Assembly (NCBI RefSeq): GCF_963921235.1
Contig: NC_086118.1
Coordinates: forward strand, 27,778,001 to 27,842,000
Reading direction: 5' to 3'
From: Mobula hypostoma
Lineage: Eukaryota
Length of the DNA stretch: 64,000 bases
Shown here: positions 1-12,987 of the stretch, piece by piece
How positions within the stretch are numbered: the stretch's first letter is position 1
Layout of the letters: every line of letters begins with the position of its first letter
Program-made: the position numbers and the translations under genes
The notes under the pieces: generated by a model
Databases searched by the model: none
Seen by the model: only the letters and a program-made list of their open reading frames with translations
Told to the model about the DNA's origin: nothing

Positions 1-362
1 AGTGCTGGGTCTATTGCTGTTTGTCATCAATAGTAATGATCTGGATGATAATGTGGTAAACTGAATAACAGTTTTATGCGTGGCACAATAATTCAGGGTG
101 TTGTGGACAGCTTGGAAGACTATCAATACTTGCAGTGGAATCTGCAGCTGGAAAGATGGGCTGAAATATGGGACATGGAAGTTAATGCAGACAAGTGTGA
201 AATTTTGCACCTTGGGTGGACAAACCAGGCTATGACTTATATAGTGAGTCGTAGGACACTGAAGAATGTGGAAGAATAGATGGATCTGTGAATACAGATT
301 CGTAATTCATTAGAAAGTGGCATCACAGGTTGATTGGGTCATAAAGGGAGCTTTTTTGCACA

Positions 363-585
363 CTTTTCTTCTTTTTAGGCCCTTAGCTTCCAGCGGAGCA
401 TAGGCCATTGATAACCTCCCATCTCCATCGTTCAACGTTGATGGTATGGTTGAACTTCATCAACGTTTCTGTAATCCATTGTATCCACTGTACAGGGGAT
501 TGGCCTATATAGTTTCACTAGAGCCCTGATGGCTAACCTGATCTGTTTCCACCTCTCACAATGGGGACAGGGATGTTGAGAGGTA
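363..585 (-). mobile_element. 5'-truncated non-LTR retroelement 3' end (RTE-like, tentative)
   Basis: 10-bp direct repeat TTTTTGCACA at 353-362 and 586-595; (AAG)-rich tail on the minus strand. Confidence 0.6.
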
Positions 586-764
586 TTTTTGCACATTAGC
601 ATTCATAAATCAAGTTATTGAGTACAGGGTTTGGGATGCTATGTTGAAGTTGCACAAGACGTCAGTGAGGCTTGTTTTCAGTATTATGTGTGGTTCTACT
701 CACCTATCTACAGGAAAGATGTCAATAAGATTAAAAGAGCACAGAGAAAATTTACAAGGATGTT

Positions 765-1315
765 CAAATAGCTCAAAATAGTTCAAGTTTAATTGTCATT
801 TAACCAGACATAAATACCCATGAATGTAGCCAAACAAAACTGCTTTACTTCGAGGCCAAGGTGGAATACACGGTACCAGCAGTCACACACAGCACAGAGC
901 AGATATAGCACAAATAAGATATCAGTAAAAGACAGTCACACAAGAACTTATAGCCCCAAACCCTGAGTCCGTGATGTTGCAGAAATATGCAGTCAAGTAC
1001 AACATGGCTTGTCTTCTGCCGAGCAAACACGAGGGGACAGCTTGGATGCTGCCTCTGGTGGTGCACACTGACTCTGACGCTCTTCTCCTGGGCAGCTGTA
1101 AACAGGTGACACCGCAGCTTGAAGCCTAGTCCTCGCTACGACCAAAGCTACGCAGTTCCCCCGCCATCCGCCAATAAGTCAGTGAATTGGACTTGCACAC
1201 TACCAATGTGCAATAGGGTCTTGCAAACATAAAAAACATGTTAAAAAAAGGACAATAACACCTTTGGTTGAACCCGTAGAAGCCACTGCGATCGAATGCA
1301 CTGCCACCTTACCGG
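765..1315 (-). mobile_element. Non-coding retroposon, family A
   Basis: 9-bp TSD AAGGATGTT at 756-764 and 1316-1324; similar to 12583-12987, 32590-32740 and 33690-33885. Confidence 0.8.
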
Positions 1316-2127
1316 AAGGATGTTGCCAGAACTAGAGGACCTGAGTTAGAGAGAAAGGTTGAACAAGTTAGGACTTCATTCTCTTGAGCGTTGGAGAACA
1401 AGGCGAGACTTGATAGACTATAAAAAATTATAAGGGGTATAGATAGGCTAAATGCAAGCAGTCTTTTTGCACTGAGGTTGGTTAAAACTCGAAGAAGAGA
1501 TCATAGGTTAAGGGTGAAAGTGAAATCTTCAAAGGGAACATGAAAGGGAATTTCTTCTCTCAGTGGATGGTGAGAGTATGGAACAAACTGCCAGCTGAAG
1601 TGGTAGATTGCAGGTTCAATTTCAACATTTGAGAGAAATTTGGATAGGCACATGGATTGGAGGGGTATGGAGTACCAAGATCTGGGTGCAGGACAATGTG
1701 ACTAGGCAGATTGATAGTTCAGCACAGGTTAGATGGGCCAAAAGGCCTGATTCTGGGCTGCAGTGTTCTCTGACTATAACATGTTCATAAGACAGAGAGA
1801 GTGTTTAGTTCGGAGATTTAGCAGTGTGTAGTTCTGGCTGTGTGGATAGGGTATGTTACGCCAACCTGTCCCTAAAGGGAACATGAGCAAGGAAAGAGCA
1901 AAAACAATGTTACTCCAGATATATTCTACGTTATATTTAGCGAATAGATCTGCAATCAAGAGGGAATAGAAAAGCCACTGCCTTGCTGAAAGTTTGGGTT
2001 GTTAGATGGCATTTTCCCAGTCTTTAATTGCATAGATGGTTAAAGAATTGTATTAAATTCAATTCAATTGTTCTGAGTTTTTCTTTCTCCACAGGAAGTT
2101 CAGCTACAACCTACAGAGAGCTACTTT

Positions 2128-2590
2128 ATGAGGGAAAAGCAATTCCGATTGAAGTTAGAGACAAAATTGGATGCACATCAGCTCTGGCAGGGGTTACAGA
2201 CCATTACATCCTACAGTGTGAAACCTAATGTCATGAATGACAGTGATACTTCACTCCCAGATGAGCGCAATGCCTTTTACGTATGCTTTGAAAAGGAGAG
2301 TAAAACTGCGCTGGGGGTGCGAATCCCTGCAACATCTGGCAACTCTGTGATCTCTGTCTCAGAGGCCAACATCAAAACATCTTTCAAGAGGATGAACCCT
2401 TGCAAGGCAGGAGTATTCCAGGACGTCTTCGTTCTCTCACTGCTGCAGTCGGAGGTTCCCATCTGCTTCTAAAGGACATTGATGGTAAAAATGCCAAAGA
2501 AGAGTAGGGTGCGCTGCCTCAACGACAATCGCCTAGTAACACTCACATCTACTGCGATGAAGTGCTTTGAGAGCTGCTCATGGCCAGAAA
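2128..2590 (+). mobile_element. Rex1/Babar-like LINE fragment (pre-RT/RT start)
   Basis: ORF 2128-2472 contains LWQGLQTITSY..SLPDERNAFY..FKRMNPCKAG..VFVLSLLQSEVPICF. Confidence 0.75.
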
Positions 2591-2740
2591 CAGCTCCAAT
2601 CTCCCACAGTCCAAAGACAGTAGGTTGATTTGTCCCATGACTGGGTTAGGGTTAAGTTGAGGTTGCGGGGAGATTGCTGAGCAGCATGGCTTGAAAGGCC
2701 AGAAGAGCCTATTCGACGTTGTATCTCTAATTAACGAAAG

Positions 2741-3006
2741 AATGATGATGATGTCGACTCAGGCCTGAGAGGCCAGCGTCGGGCATTTTCATGCCTTACA
2801 AGGCGCAGATCGGAAGGCTGTGTGGGGCACCACTCCTCACACAGACATTTTGCAGTATTTTTCTTTATTTTACGAGGTCGAATTGTGAGCTCAACACTCA
2901 ACTCAGCACGGATGGAAATCGTACTTGGGGGCGGCCCGACTGGATTCGATCCCAAGGGCCTCCATTCCGGAGTCCGGCGCTGATGTCACTGCGCCACCAG
3001 CCGGCC
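2741..3006 (-). mobile_element. tRNA-derived SINE
   Basis: The minus strand begins GCCGGCTGGTGGCGCAGTG (A box, 2987-2996), has B box GGATCGAATCC (2942-2952) and ends in a (CAT)n tail; related pieces at 17183-17358 and 53215-53390. Confidence 0.8.
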
Positions 3007-3044
3007 AATAAATAAATAAATAAAATGAAAAATATGTATAAGAA

Positions 3045-3495
3045 TTACTGCAGACGTTGGAAATCTAGAGCAATGCACACAATGTGCTGGGGAACTCAGC
3101 TGGTCATGCAGCATCTATGGATAGGAATTAACAGTCAATGTTCTGTGCTGAGACCCTTCATCAGGACTGAAAAGTAAAGGGGAAGAAGTCAGAATCAGAC
3201 AGTGGGGGGGTATGGTGGGGGAGGAAGGTTTACAGGGTGGCAGGTGATAGGTGGAACTGGGAAGGGGATAGGGGTGAAGTATAGGTAATCTGGTAGGAAA
3301 GGACAGAAAACTCAGCAGGTCAATCAGCATCTATGAAAATAAATAAACAGTTCACATTTTAGACTGAGACCCTTCATCAGGACTCACTGAAGGTCTTGGC
3401 CTGAAAGGTCGACTGTTTATTCATTTTAATAGATGCACCCTGAGTTCTTCCAGCATTTTAAGTATGTTACCTATATTTCCAGATTTCTCTGCATT
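3045..3495. mobile_element. Penelope-like 3' termini: a minus-strand copy plus an inverted pair, with degenerate hammerhead motifs
   Basis: GAGACCCTTCATCAGGACT at ~3150 and ~3366 (reverse complement of the hammerhead core); arms 3311-3351 and 3412-3446 are inverted repeats. Confidence 0.75.
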
Positions 3496-4594
3496 CAGAA
3501 TGACTAGAATATGATATTATTATTATTATTTTTCAAATAATGGATTTCTCCTACTCTTCCACAGCAGTAAGTACCCCAATATATCTCAAAAGTACTGTTT
3601 TTAGATTCTCTAATTAACACATTGAGAACATGTCCAAGAAGTGATTGAGATAGATAAAAAGAGTATAAAACTTCTGGTGAATTTAATGAGGGCGTTTGTG
3701 GTGGGTTTGATGTGAAGGGTTTCAGTCTTTACAAGAGCGAACTGTGACTGTTTGTATCACCACCTGATGGAGGTTCCAGTGTACAGGATCGCAAGGGGCT
3801 GCAGATAGTTATAGGCTCAGTAAGTTCCATCACTGGCACAACACTTCCCACAATTGACAACACTTTCAAGGGGGAGTGCCTCATGAAGGTGGCATCCGTC
3901 ACAAAGGACTGTTATCCTCACTCTGAGAAGTTGAGAATAAACATTATCTCTTATCTAATCTTTTTTTTCTAGAGTTCAGTTTACAAAATTCCAGACCTTC
4001 TTAATCAATGGAAATACCTGTATTTGGAAATGCTTTTTCTTACGTCAACTGTAAACTAGAAATTACATTTTGATAGTACCAATTGAGTGGTGATTGTGTA
4101 AGGTAGAGCAGACTCTGCCCTTTATTTACTGGAATCATAAACATCAGAAAGATTACTCTGTAGTAAACACCAGTTAATACATCTAGTATTGTAAGGTCAA
4201 CCAAATTTCTTTGGGAGGTAGTTTGCAACCTATTATTCACTTTGAGACCGTGAATAACGTGAATATGACTGAAGCATAAATCTTTCAGCAAAGCATTCGT
4301 AGGCTTAATTTGGAAAGACTCAGACTTGAACAATCATTTCTGACTGTCCCAAAATAGAATACCATGAATTAAATTACTGCCTGCAGCTATGGTGTACTTT
4401 GCTGAGTAGAATTCTGGAGTAAATGGTGGAAAATTTTTATAATAGTCGTTAATAGCATAAAACTACTAAATAGTATAATAACAATTTTTCTCAGAATAGC
4501 AAGCTATCATGTTGAGTTCATTAAGCTGAGATATAAAATCTGACCCACTTAGATAAAAACATATTTTGTTGTGCTGTTGGTATCACAAGTTAGT

Positions 4595-4695
4595 TTCCTG
4601 ATGAAGGGTCTCAGCCCAAAACCTCGACTGCTTATTCATTTCCATAGATGCCGTCTGATCCACTGAGTTCCTCCAACGTTTTGTGTCTTTTCTCT
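4595..4695 (+). mobile_element. Penelope-like 3' terminus starting at a degenerate hammerhead
   Basis: CCTGATGAAGGGTCTCAGCCCAAAACCTCGACTG followed by the family tail (ATAGATGC..CTGAGTTCCTCCA..TTTTGTGT). Confidence 0.75.
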
Positions 4696-4711
4696 CATGT
4701 AAGTTGTTAAC

Positions 4712-4866
4712 TGTTTTTAAGAGACTACTGGATAGGTACATGGAGCTTAGAAAAATAGAGGGCTATGGGTAACCCGATGTAATTTCTAAGGTAAGGACGT
4801 GTTCAGCACAGCTTTGTGGGCCGAAGGGCCTGTGTTGTGCTGTAGGTTTTCTATGTTCTATGATTC
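4712..4866 (+). mobile_element. Short CR1 3' end
   Basis: TTGTGGGCCGAAGGGCCTGT..GTGCTGTAGG..TTCTATGTTCTA matches the CR1 tails at ~11320 and ~24770; another piece lies at 30805-30910. Confidence 0.75.
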
Positions 4867-5349
4867 TAAAAGTCCGGCCAAATAGCACAACAGTACCTAA
4901 TGTTGTTTCATCTGGGTTTTATTGGTGATTTAAAGTCAGCCTTTCCGTTGACTTTCAATTAACAATATAAGCCAGATAAATATCAGTCAGATATGGTTAG
5001 AATATAAAGTGAAGTACAAAACATGCGTTACATAAATAGCAAATTGAAGTTGAAATGGTTGAGTGACAGTCCCCATGAAATTTTTAATTTGTTAACATCA
5101 GTGGGTGCTTGTTTATTGTCAAAGGCTTGTCAGGTCTTTACACTTAGTTCAGCATTCTAAAATCCGATGTCAATCACTCTAACCCAATTCACCCAGTGTG
5201 AGATTGTGGGGATTACATTGCTGGTGACATAGCCTTTCAAACAACTGTTAAAACAATTTCAATTTCAAATACCTCCGTTGAGTAGGTAAGTTTAAATAAC
5301 CAGTCGGACTGTTAATCACACTACTACAGATTGAAAGATGCAATAAATA

Positions 5350-7450
5350 TTCAAGATTCAAGATTGTTTAATGTAATTTCCTGTACGCAAATGTAAGGAG
5401 AACAAAGTAATTGTTACTCCAGATCCGATGCAGCACAAAAAAATACACAAAAGATAAAGAACAAATAATAATTGAAAAAACACAATAAATATAAATACAT
5501 AAGATAGCTTATATACAGCGATTCATTGTATGCCCATAAAGTGACCCTAAGTTGCACATAAGGTGACCGTTGGGAAATATTAAAGTAGTGGTGGAGTTAG
5601 TGGGTGGAGGTGTTTGATCAGCTTTATTGCTTGGGAAACATAACTGGGTTTGGGTCTGATGGTCCTGGCATGGATGTTAGATAGCCTCCTCCCTGATGGA
5701 AGTGGAACAAATAGTCCATGAACAGGGTGGATGGGATACTTCATGATGTTACTGGCCTTTTTCTGGAACTTCTCTGCATATACAGCACTGTGTAAAGTCT
5801 TAGCTGGGGTGCCTAAGACTTTTGCACAGTACTGTAGAAATTTTATGTATTACGCTGTACCGCTGCTGCAACAAAAAATCATGACGTGTTAGTGATGACA
5901 AACCTGATTCTGATATGGATCTCTGTTGTGGACTGAGAGTGGGAAGGGGGCAGGGAGGGGGGAATCATGGTTGAGAACAGGGGAAGGGAGAATGCAGGAA
6001 GCCGGAAGCACCAGAGAGACATTCTGTAATGATTCATTAACGTATTTTTTGGAATCAAATGACCTTGCCTGATGCCTCAGGGTTTGGGTGTGTCTGCATG
6101 TGCCCACCCCTCGAACTCCTCCTCTATCAGGTGTCCCACACCTCTCCTGAGGAACTCCACCCTCACCATTCCCAACATCCTTCGCTCCCACAATATTTTC
6201 AAACTTACTGTCTGCTGCATGTTGACAAATAAAATACTGTTCTCTCTCTCACTCTCTCTCTCTCTCTCTCTGTTATGTATATATATAAAAAATCCTCTCT
6301 AATGCACATCTGTAGAATGATGTGTCTATAGATGTGCAAAGTCCAACTCTCTTCAGTAGAGGTGTTGGTGAGCTTTTAACTGTATAGGATATGTTTTGGG
6401 ACCATGAGAAGTTATGTGTGATCCCAGGAGTTTGAAACTGCCGCCAGTGTAAAGAGGGATGTGAGTGGTATGGATTCTCCAGAAGTTAATAACCATCTCC
6501 CTTGTCTTGTTGCCATATAGGAAGAGGTTATTTGCCTTGCACCAGGCCTTGAGCTCTTCTTCCTCCTCTCTGTGGGCTCAGCACACAGCCCTGGGGTGCG
6601 TCCATGGGTAGAGAGGAGCGGTTGTGCATCCTGACTATCTGAGGTCTGTTTGTTACGAAGTCAAACACCCAATTGCACAGTGATGTATTTAGATTGTGGA
6701 TTAAGAGTTTGTTCACCAAGGTCTGATGGACAAAAATGCTGAATATTGAACCGAAATCCAGAAACGACATTCTGACATTAGTCTCCTTGTTTTCTAGGTG
6801 TGCCCGGTTCAGGGCTATGACAGATGCTATGGTATCTGTCATAGAGCGGTTCTGTTGGTAAGCATATTGGAGAGTGTCCAATGTGACAGGAAAGGAGTTT
6901 TTGATATGTGCCATTATCAGCCATTCAAAGCACCTCATGATGATTGGTAGTCATTTGCTTCTGATGGTGTAGAGTTCTTAGGAACAAGGATGATGATGGC
7001 TGATTTGTAATACGATGGAACAGCAGCCTGGATGAGTGAACTGTTGAAGATGTCAGGGAGGATGTCAGTAAACTGGTATGCACACTCACTGATTACTCAG
7101 TCTGGGATGGTGTCTAATGGGGGTTGTTTCTACTGCTGTTACAGACAGTGACTGCTCACCAGGAAGGATGGTACCTTTTGTGACTGGCATTGTGTTGTAT
7201 GCCTCAAAGAGTGCATAAAAGTTGTTTAGAGCATCAAGCAGGGAGGGAGGCATCACTAGTACAGTTGACTGTTTTTCGTTGCATAGCCTTTAATGCTCAG
7301 CCACATACGCAGAGGATCATTATTGAAAAGGTGTTACTGAATTTTTTGTGCATAAGGGGTCTTTAGCTTCTTGATGCTTAAGATGAAGTTTCTTTCGGCT
7401 GCTCTGAGAGTTGTTCTGTTACCACTCTTGAAGATGGCATTCCGGGCATG
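5350..7450 (-). mobile_element. Rex1/Babar-like LINE, degraded, interrupted at ~5781-6290
   Basis: ORF 6528-6938 contains MRCFEWL..LQYAYQQNRSMTDTI..VRMSFLDFGS..LCNWVFDFVTNRPQ..APQGCVLSP; 3' tail (TTGAATCTTGAA) at ~5350. Confidence 0.8.
5783..5834. mobile_element. 52-bp Tc1/mariner-type miniature inverted-repeat element
   Basis: TA-CAGCACTGTGTAAAGTCTTAG...CTAAGACTTTTGCACAGTACTG-TA: two ~21-bp inverted ends, ~9-bp spacer, TA on both sides. Confidence 0.7.
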
Positions 7451-8234
7451 TCAGGAATAATGGAGAGGATGGGGCAATGGAGAGTAAACCACTCTTAAAA
7501 TTATTTTCAATAAATTCAGTTGTTACATTTTTATCTATCATGATAAGTATGTCATTAATTTATGACATTAAATTATGATGACATCAAATAAACACTGCAA
7601 CTACAATTACTTCTGGATTTGTTGAAAGGTCCTTATTAAACTAGTCAGAAATTGCCAGTCAAGTGTAACTTGAGAAAATTGATCATAAAAGGTGGCTGGA
7701 TTCTGAACCTATTAGTGCAATATAGAGGGGTTCATGCAGTGCCACCAAACTGGTTATCAATGTGTTTATAGAGCTCGGTTTAATGAAGGAAACCTAAAGA
7801 CCTGCTTTCAGCTGTGATTCCAGGGTTTCATTTTTGTAATTAATTATGACTTATATTGTTATAGATAACTGCAATTAGTCAATTAAACTCTTCAAAGAAC
7901 TTCACAGTTTTCAGACATTGATAATGGGCAACTTCTACAGCCCCTTCCAGTTGATGCATTTGGAAGGATTTCCTTTCAGCAGAAATTATCTTAGCTGTTT
8001 ATTCTTTTCTTCCTTTTTTCCTGGTCTCTGAAGGATATCATGCCTTTCATCTCGTTAGGATTTCTCTGCTCGCTGGGTTGTATGCTATAGTTTGGTTGGT
8101 AGCAGCACTTCTGATTCTCTGTAATAAGGAACAATGAAGAAATTTAAGAAAATGTGTAGAATTAACTTCTTTAATTGTATTAGTATTTTGTATTCCATTG
8201 CAAATACCTGAATGGATAAGACAGAAGATGCATA

Positions 8235-11200
8235 TGGTGCCTTGAAAAAGTATTCAGCCCCCAACTCTTTGTTCACATAAATGAGTGTCACACCTACAGA
8301 ATTTAATCAATTTAACTGAGTATTTTTATTTATGATCATATGCTCTTTGTTTTCACAGTAGAGCCTATAAAAAGGAAGAATTGTAAAGCATGAAAAAGTA
8401 AAAATTCAAAAACAGATGTTAACAGTTCATAGCCCTTTGCTCTGAATCACCTCTCTCAGCTATAACAGCCTGTAGTCATTTCTGATAAGTCTCTATTAGC
8501 TTTACACAACGTGATGAACCAAGACTTGTGCATTCCTCCTTGCAAAATTTGACTCCAGCTAGTTGGGGAGTGTCGGTGGGCAGCAATCCTGAGGTCGAGC
8601 CAGAGATGTTCTATTGGGTTAAGGTCAGGATTCTGACTGGGCCATTCAAAACCATCAATTTTCTTCATTTCAAGCCACTCCATGTTTGCTCTGGTAGTGT
8701 GCTTTGGGTTGTTCTCCTGCTGAAACTCCTCCCCAGTTTAAGTTTTCATGCAGGTTTTTATCCAGGATCTCTCTGTATTTAGCAGCTTTCATCTTCCCAT
8801 CAATCCTCCCTAGATTTCCAATCCCTACAGGTGAAAAGTATCCCATAGCATGATACTACCTCCACCATATTTTACAGTGGGAATGGTATTTGCTGACTGA
8901 TGTGCAGTATTATATTTGCACCACATTAACTGATTAGTGTTGAGGCCAAAATGTTTCACCTTAGTCTAATCAGCCCACCATACTTTATTCCCCATCTTTA
9001 CAGTATCTACTTTATTGGGGTTTATTGGGATTCCTGTCACAGTATGTTGACAGGCCAACTAGGGGGAATGCCATACTAGATCTAGTATTAGGTAACGAAC
9101 CGGGTCAGGTCACAGAACTCTCAGTGGGTGAGCATCTGGGGGACAGTGACCACCGCTCCCTGGCCTTTAGCATTATCATGGAAAAGGATAAAATCAGAGA
9201 GGAGAGGAAAATTTTTAATGGGGGAAGGGCAAATTATGAGGCTATAAGGATAGAACTTGCAGGTGTGTATTGGGATGATGTTTTTGCAGGGAAATGTACT
9301 ATGGACGTGTGGTCAAAGTTTAGGGATCTCTTGCACGATGTTAGGGATAAATTTGTCCCAATGAGGAAGATAAAGAATTGTAGGGTGAAGGAACCATGGG
9401 TGACAAGTGAGGTGGAGAATCTAGTCATGTGGAAGAAGGCAGCATACATGAGGTTTCGGAAGCAAGGATCAGATGGGTCTATTGAGGAATATAGGGAAGC
9501 AAGAAAGGAGCTTAAGAAGGGGCTGAGAAGAGCAAGAAGGGGGCATGAGAAGGCCTTGGCGAGTAGAGTAAAGGAATACCCCAAGGCATTCTTCAATTAT
9601 GTAAAGAACAAAAGGATGACAGGAGTGAAGGTAGGACCGATTAGAGATAAAGGTGGGAAGATGTGCCTGGAGGCTGTGGAAGTGAGCTAGGTCCTCAATG
9701 AATACTTCTCTTCGGTATTCACAAATGAGAGGGAACTTGATGACGGTGAGGACAATATGAGTGAGGTTGATGTTCTGGAGCATGTTGATATTAAAGGAGA
9801 GGAGGTGTTGGAGTTGATAAAATACATTCGGACAGATAAGTCCCCGGGGCCTGACGGAATATTCCCCAGGCTGCTCCACGAGGCGAGGAAAGAGATTACA
9901 GAGCCTCTGGATAGGATTTTTATGTCCTTGTTGTCCACAGGAATGGTACCGGAGGATTGGAAGGAGGTGAATGTTGTCCCCTTGTTCAAAAAAAGTAGTG
10001 GGGATAGTCCAGGTAATTATAGACCAGTGAGCCTTACGTCTGTGGTGGGAAAGCTGTTGGAAAAGATTCTTAGAGATAGGATCTCTGGGCATTTAGAGAA
10101 TCATGGTCTGATCAGGGACAGTCAGCATGGCTTTGTGAAGGGCAGATCGTGTCTAACAAGCCTGATAGAGTTCTTTGAGGAGGAGACCAGGCATATAGAT
10201 GAGGGTAGTGCAGTGGATGTGATCTATATGGATTTTAGTAAGGCATTTGACAAGGTTGCACATGGTAGGCTTATTCAGAAAGTCAGAAGGCATGGGATCC
10301 AGGGAAGTTTGGCCAGGTGGATTCAGAATTGGCTTGCCCGCAGAAGGCAGAGGGTGGTGGTGGAGGGAGTACATTCGGATTGGAGGGTTTTGACTGGTGG
10401 CGTCCCACAAGGATCTGTTCTGGGACCTCTACTTTTCGTGATTTTTATTAACGACCTGGATGTCGGGGTAGAAAGGTGGGTTGGCAAGTTTGCAGATGAC
10501 ACAAAGGTTGGTGGTGTTGTAGATAGTGTAGAGGATTGTCAAAGATTGCAGAGAGACATTGATAGGATGCAGAAGTGGGCTGAGAAGTGGCAGATGGAGT
10601 TCAACACGGAGAAGTGTGAGGCGGTACACTTTGCAAGGACAAACTCGAAAGCAGAGTACAAAGTAAATGGCAGGATACATGGTAGTGTAGAGGAGCAGAG
10701 GGATCTGGGGGTACATGTCCACAGATCCCTCAAAGTTGCCTCACAGGTAGATAGGGTAGTTAAGAAAGCTTATGGGGTGTTAGCTTTCATAAGTCGCGGG
10801 ATAGAGTTTAAGAGTCACGAGGTAATGATGCAGCTCTATAAAACTCTGATTAGGCTACAGTTGGAGTACTGTGTCCAGTGCTGGTCGTTTCACTATAGGA
10901 AGGATGTGGAAGCATTGGAAAGGGTACAGAGGAGATTTACCAGGACGCTGCCTGGTTTAGAGAGTATGGATTATGATCAGAGATTAAGGGAGTTAGGTCT
11001 CTACTCTTTGGAGAGAAGGAGGATGAGAGGAGACATGATAGAGGTATACAAGATATTAAGATGAATAGATAGAGTGGATAGCCAGCGCCTCTTTCCCAGG
11101 GCACCACTGCTCAATACAAGAGGACATGGCTTTAAGGTAAGCGGTGGGAAGTTCAAAGGGGGTATTAGAGGAAGGTTTTTACTCAAAGAGTGGGTGGAGC

Positions 11201-12156
11201 GTGGAATGCACTGCCTGAGTCAGATACACTAGTGAAATTTAAGAGACCACTAGACAGGTATATGGAGGACTTTAAGGTGGGGGTTTATATGGGAGGCAGG
11301 GTTTGAGGGTCGGCACAATATTGTGGGCCAAAGGGCCTGTACTGTGCTGTACTATTCTATGTTCTTTGTTTATAAAGCCTTTATGGATAAGGATATGCTT
11401 CTTTTAGCTCGAGGTTTTCCTTTGCCATTTTTCTATAAAAACCCTATTTGTGCAAGGACTTGTGGAGCCAGGAAATTCATCTCTAGTTGCAGCTACTGGC
11501 TTCTGCAGGTCACTGCAAAATGTCAGAATCACCTCCGTTACAAGTGCCATTCTTCTCCAGTGACTCAGTTTAGAGAGGCGGCCTGACCTAAGTAGTTTAG
11601 CTGTGGTTTCATATTTCATATTTCAAGTTTTTTCCACATTTTTTACAAAGGACTGCAATGAGCTCTGAGATATGTTCAGTGTCTTTGAGATGATCTTGTA
11701 CCCTTGCTCGGATTTGAGCTTCTCTATTATCATTTCCCTGACTTGCCTTGAATGTTCTTTTATCTTCATTTTGGATTGGGTGGTTGAAAGTCTACCATAC
11801 TGTTGGACTTTACACAGAGGAGATATTGATTCCTTTGAATTCATTGAAAACGGGTGATCCTTCAATTTTCTACGTCAACAAATTGGGTGAGTTGGTAATG
11901 TAATACAATATATTGCTCCTAAGGAAAGTTAGTGTAGCATTTGCAAAGGATATGAATACTTTTTCAATCTCACGATTTTGTTTTTTCCTTTTAGTGAATT
12001 GTTGACAGGTTTTGGACTTCTTCTTTTGACCTGACATGATTGATAAGGTTTTGTAGATTAGCTCAAAAGATCCAACTTCAATATATTTTATATTTGGAAA
12101 ATGAGACGGTAAATGTGAAAATAGTTGTGGGGGCTGAATACTTTTACAAGGCACTG
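8235..12156 (-). mobile_element. Tc1-family DNA transposon with transposase pseudogene, split by a CR1 insertion
   Basis: TIRs TGGTGCCTTGAAAAAGTATTCAGCCCCCA (8235) and TGGGGGCTGAATACTTTTACAAGGCACTG (ends 12156), with TA flanks. N-terminal KEHSRQVREMIIEK..GYKIISKTLNI in ORF 11623-11865; C-terminal EWPSQNPDLNPIEHLW in ORF 8456-8683. Confidence 0.93.
9028..11366 (+). mobile_element. Young 5'-truncated CR1 LINE, copy 1 (endonuclease tail + RT)
   Basis: Same-frame ORFs 9025-9690 (PTRGNAILDLVL..GDSDH) and 9757-11064 (KSPGPDG, NYRPVSLTS, DFSKAFDKV, GVPQGSVLGP, KFADDTK); TTCTATG tail. Confidence 0.96.
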
Positions 12157-12582
12157 TACATAATTGTTGTTGCTGCCATTAACTGTATCAAAGTCTTATT
12201 ATTCTTGAAAAGTGTTTTTGTTAAAGTTATTGTCTGTACTTGTCTTGTTATTGTATGGAAAATATTCTTTGCCTCTTTAACCTTCCTTAACTAGCCATTA
12301 TATGTTATGACATTTTTAATATAGAACACAAGAGATCATTCATTTAGTTAAATTATAGAAACAATTTCATTCCACTTGAAATTTTATAACATCTGTAGAA
12401 CAATGGTCCTAATTCTATCAATTCAAATTCTACTGGAGAATACAGACAATCTCTTAACTCACTTTATCACCTAAACTTGGTTAAGTTATTATCATTGAAA
12501 GCCATGTTTTATAACTGTATTTAGATTGATATCTAGTTATGAAACACCCCTGATTGTTACATATATAGTTGTATTCAACTTC

Positions 12583-12987
12583 CAGTTCAAATTTAATAGT
12601 TATACAACCATACATGAATACCCATGAATACAGCCAAATGAAACAGTGTTACTCTGGGGCCAGGGTGCAAAACACAGTACCAATAGTGCTACACAGCACA
12701 AGGCACAAGTAGTACATATAAGATAGCAAGCACATATAAGTTAACAGTAAAATACAATCACATAAAAAAATAGCTCAAGCCCCTGAGTCCATAAATGCTG
12801 CAGCAGTCTGCAGTCAAACTCAATACAGCTTGTCTTCTGCCAAGCGAATACTGAAGGGCAGCATTGACTCCACCTTGATGCCATGGCACACCACCTCCAG
12901 CACTCTGGTGGAGCGCACCAACTCCAGCGCCTTTCCCCTGGCTGGCTGTAACCAGGCAATACCGTGGCTTGAGGCCTAGTCCTCACT
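12583..12987 (-). repeat. Non-coding retroposon family A, truncated copy
   Basis: Colinear similarity to 781-1140 (CCATGAA..AGCCAAA..CTTGTCTTCTGCC..GCTTGAGGCCTAGTCCTC). Confidence 0.75.

Larger units (their letters stand above)
1..1790 (+). mobile_element. Degraded CR1 LINE 3' fragment (RT C-terminus + 3' UTR), interrupted by two insertions
   Basis: ORF 76-279 (GVVDSLEDYQYLQ..LERWAEIWDMEVNADKCEILHLG) parallels the CR1 RT at 9757-11064; CR1 sequence resumes at 596 and 1325. Confidence 0.85.

Noticed and set aside
2930..3006. tRNA gene
   Set aside because: A and B boxes are present, but the sequence continues into a SINE body and (CAT)n tail, with relatives elsewhere in the window.
7995..8100. 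Polypyrimidine tract plus AG as an exon acceptor (similar cases at ~2096, ~14415, ~50389)
   Set aside because: Splice-like signals are common in AT-rich DNA, and no coherent reading frame links them.
9234..10733. Long minus-strand ORFs overlapping the CR1 (also at 22286-24168)
   Set aside because: These are antisense shadows of the CR1 ORF2 and have no independent protein features.
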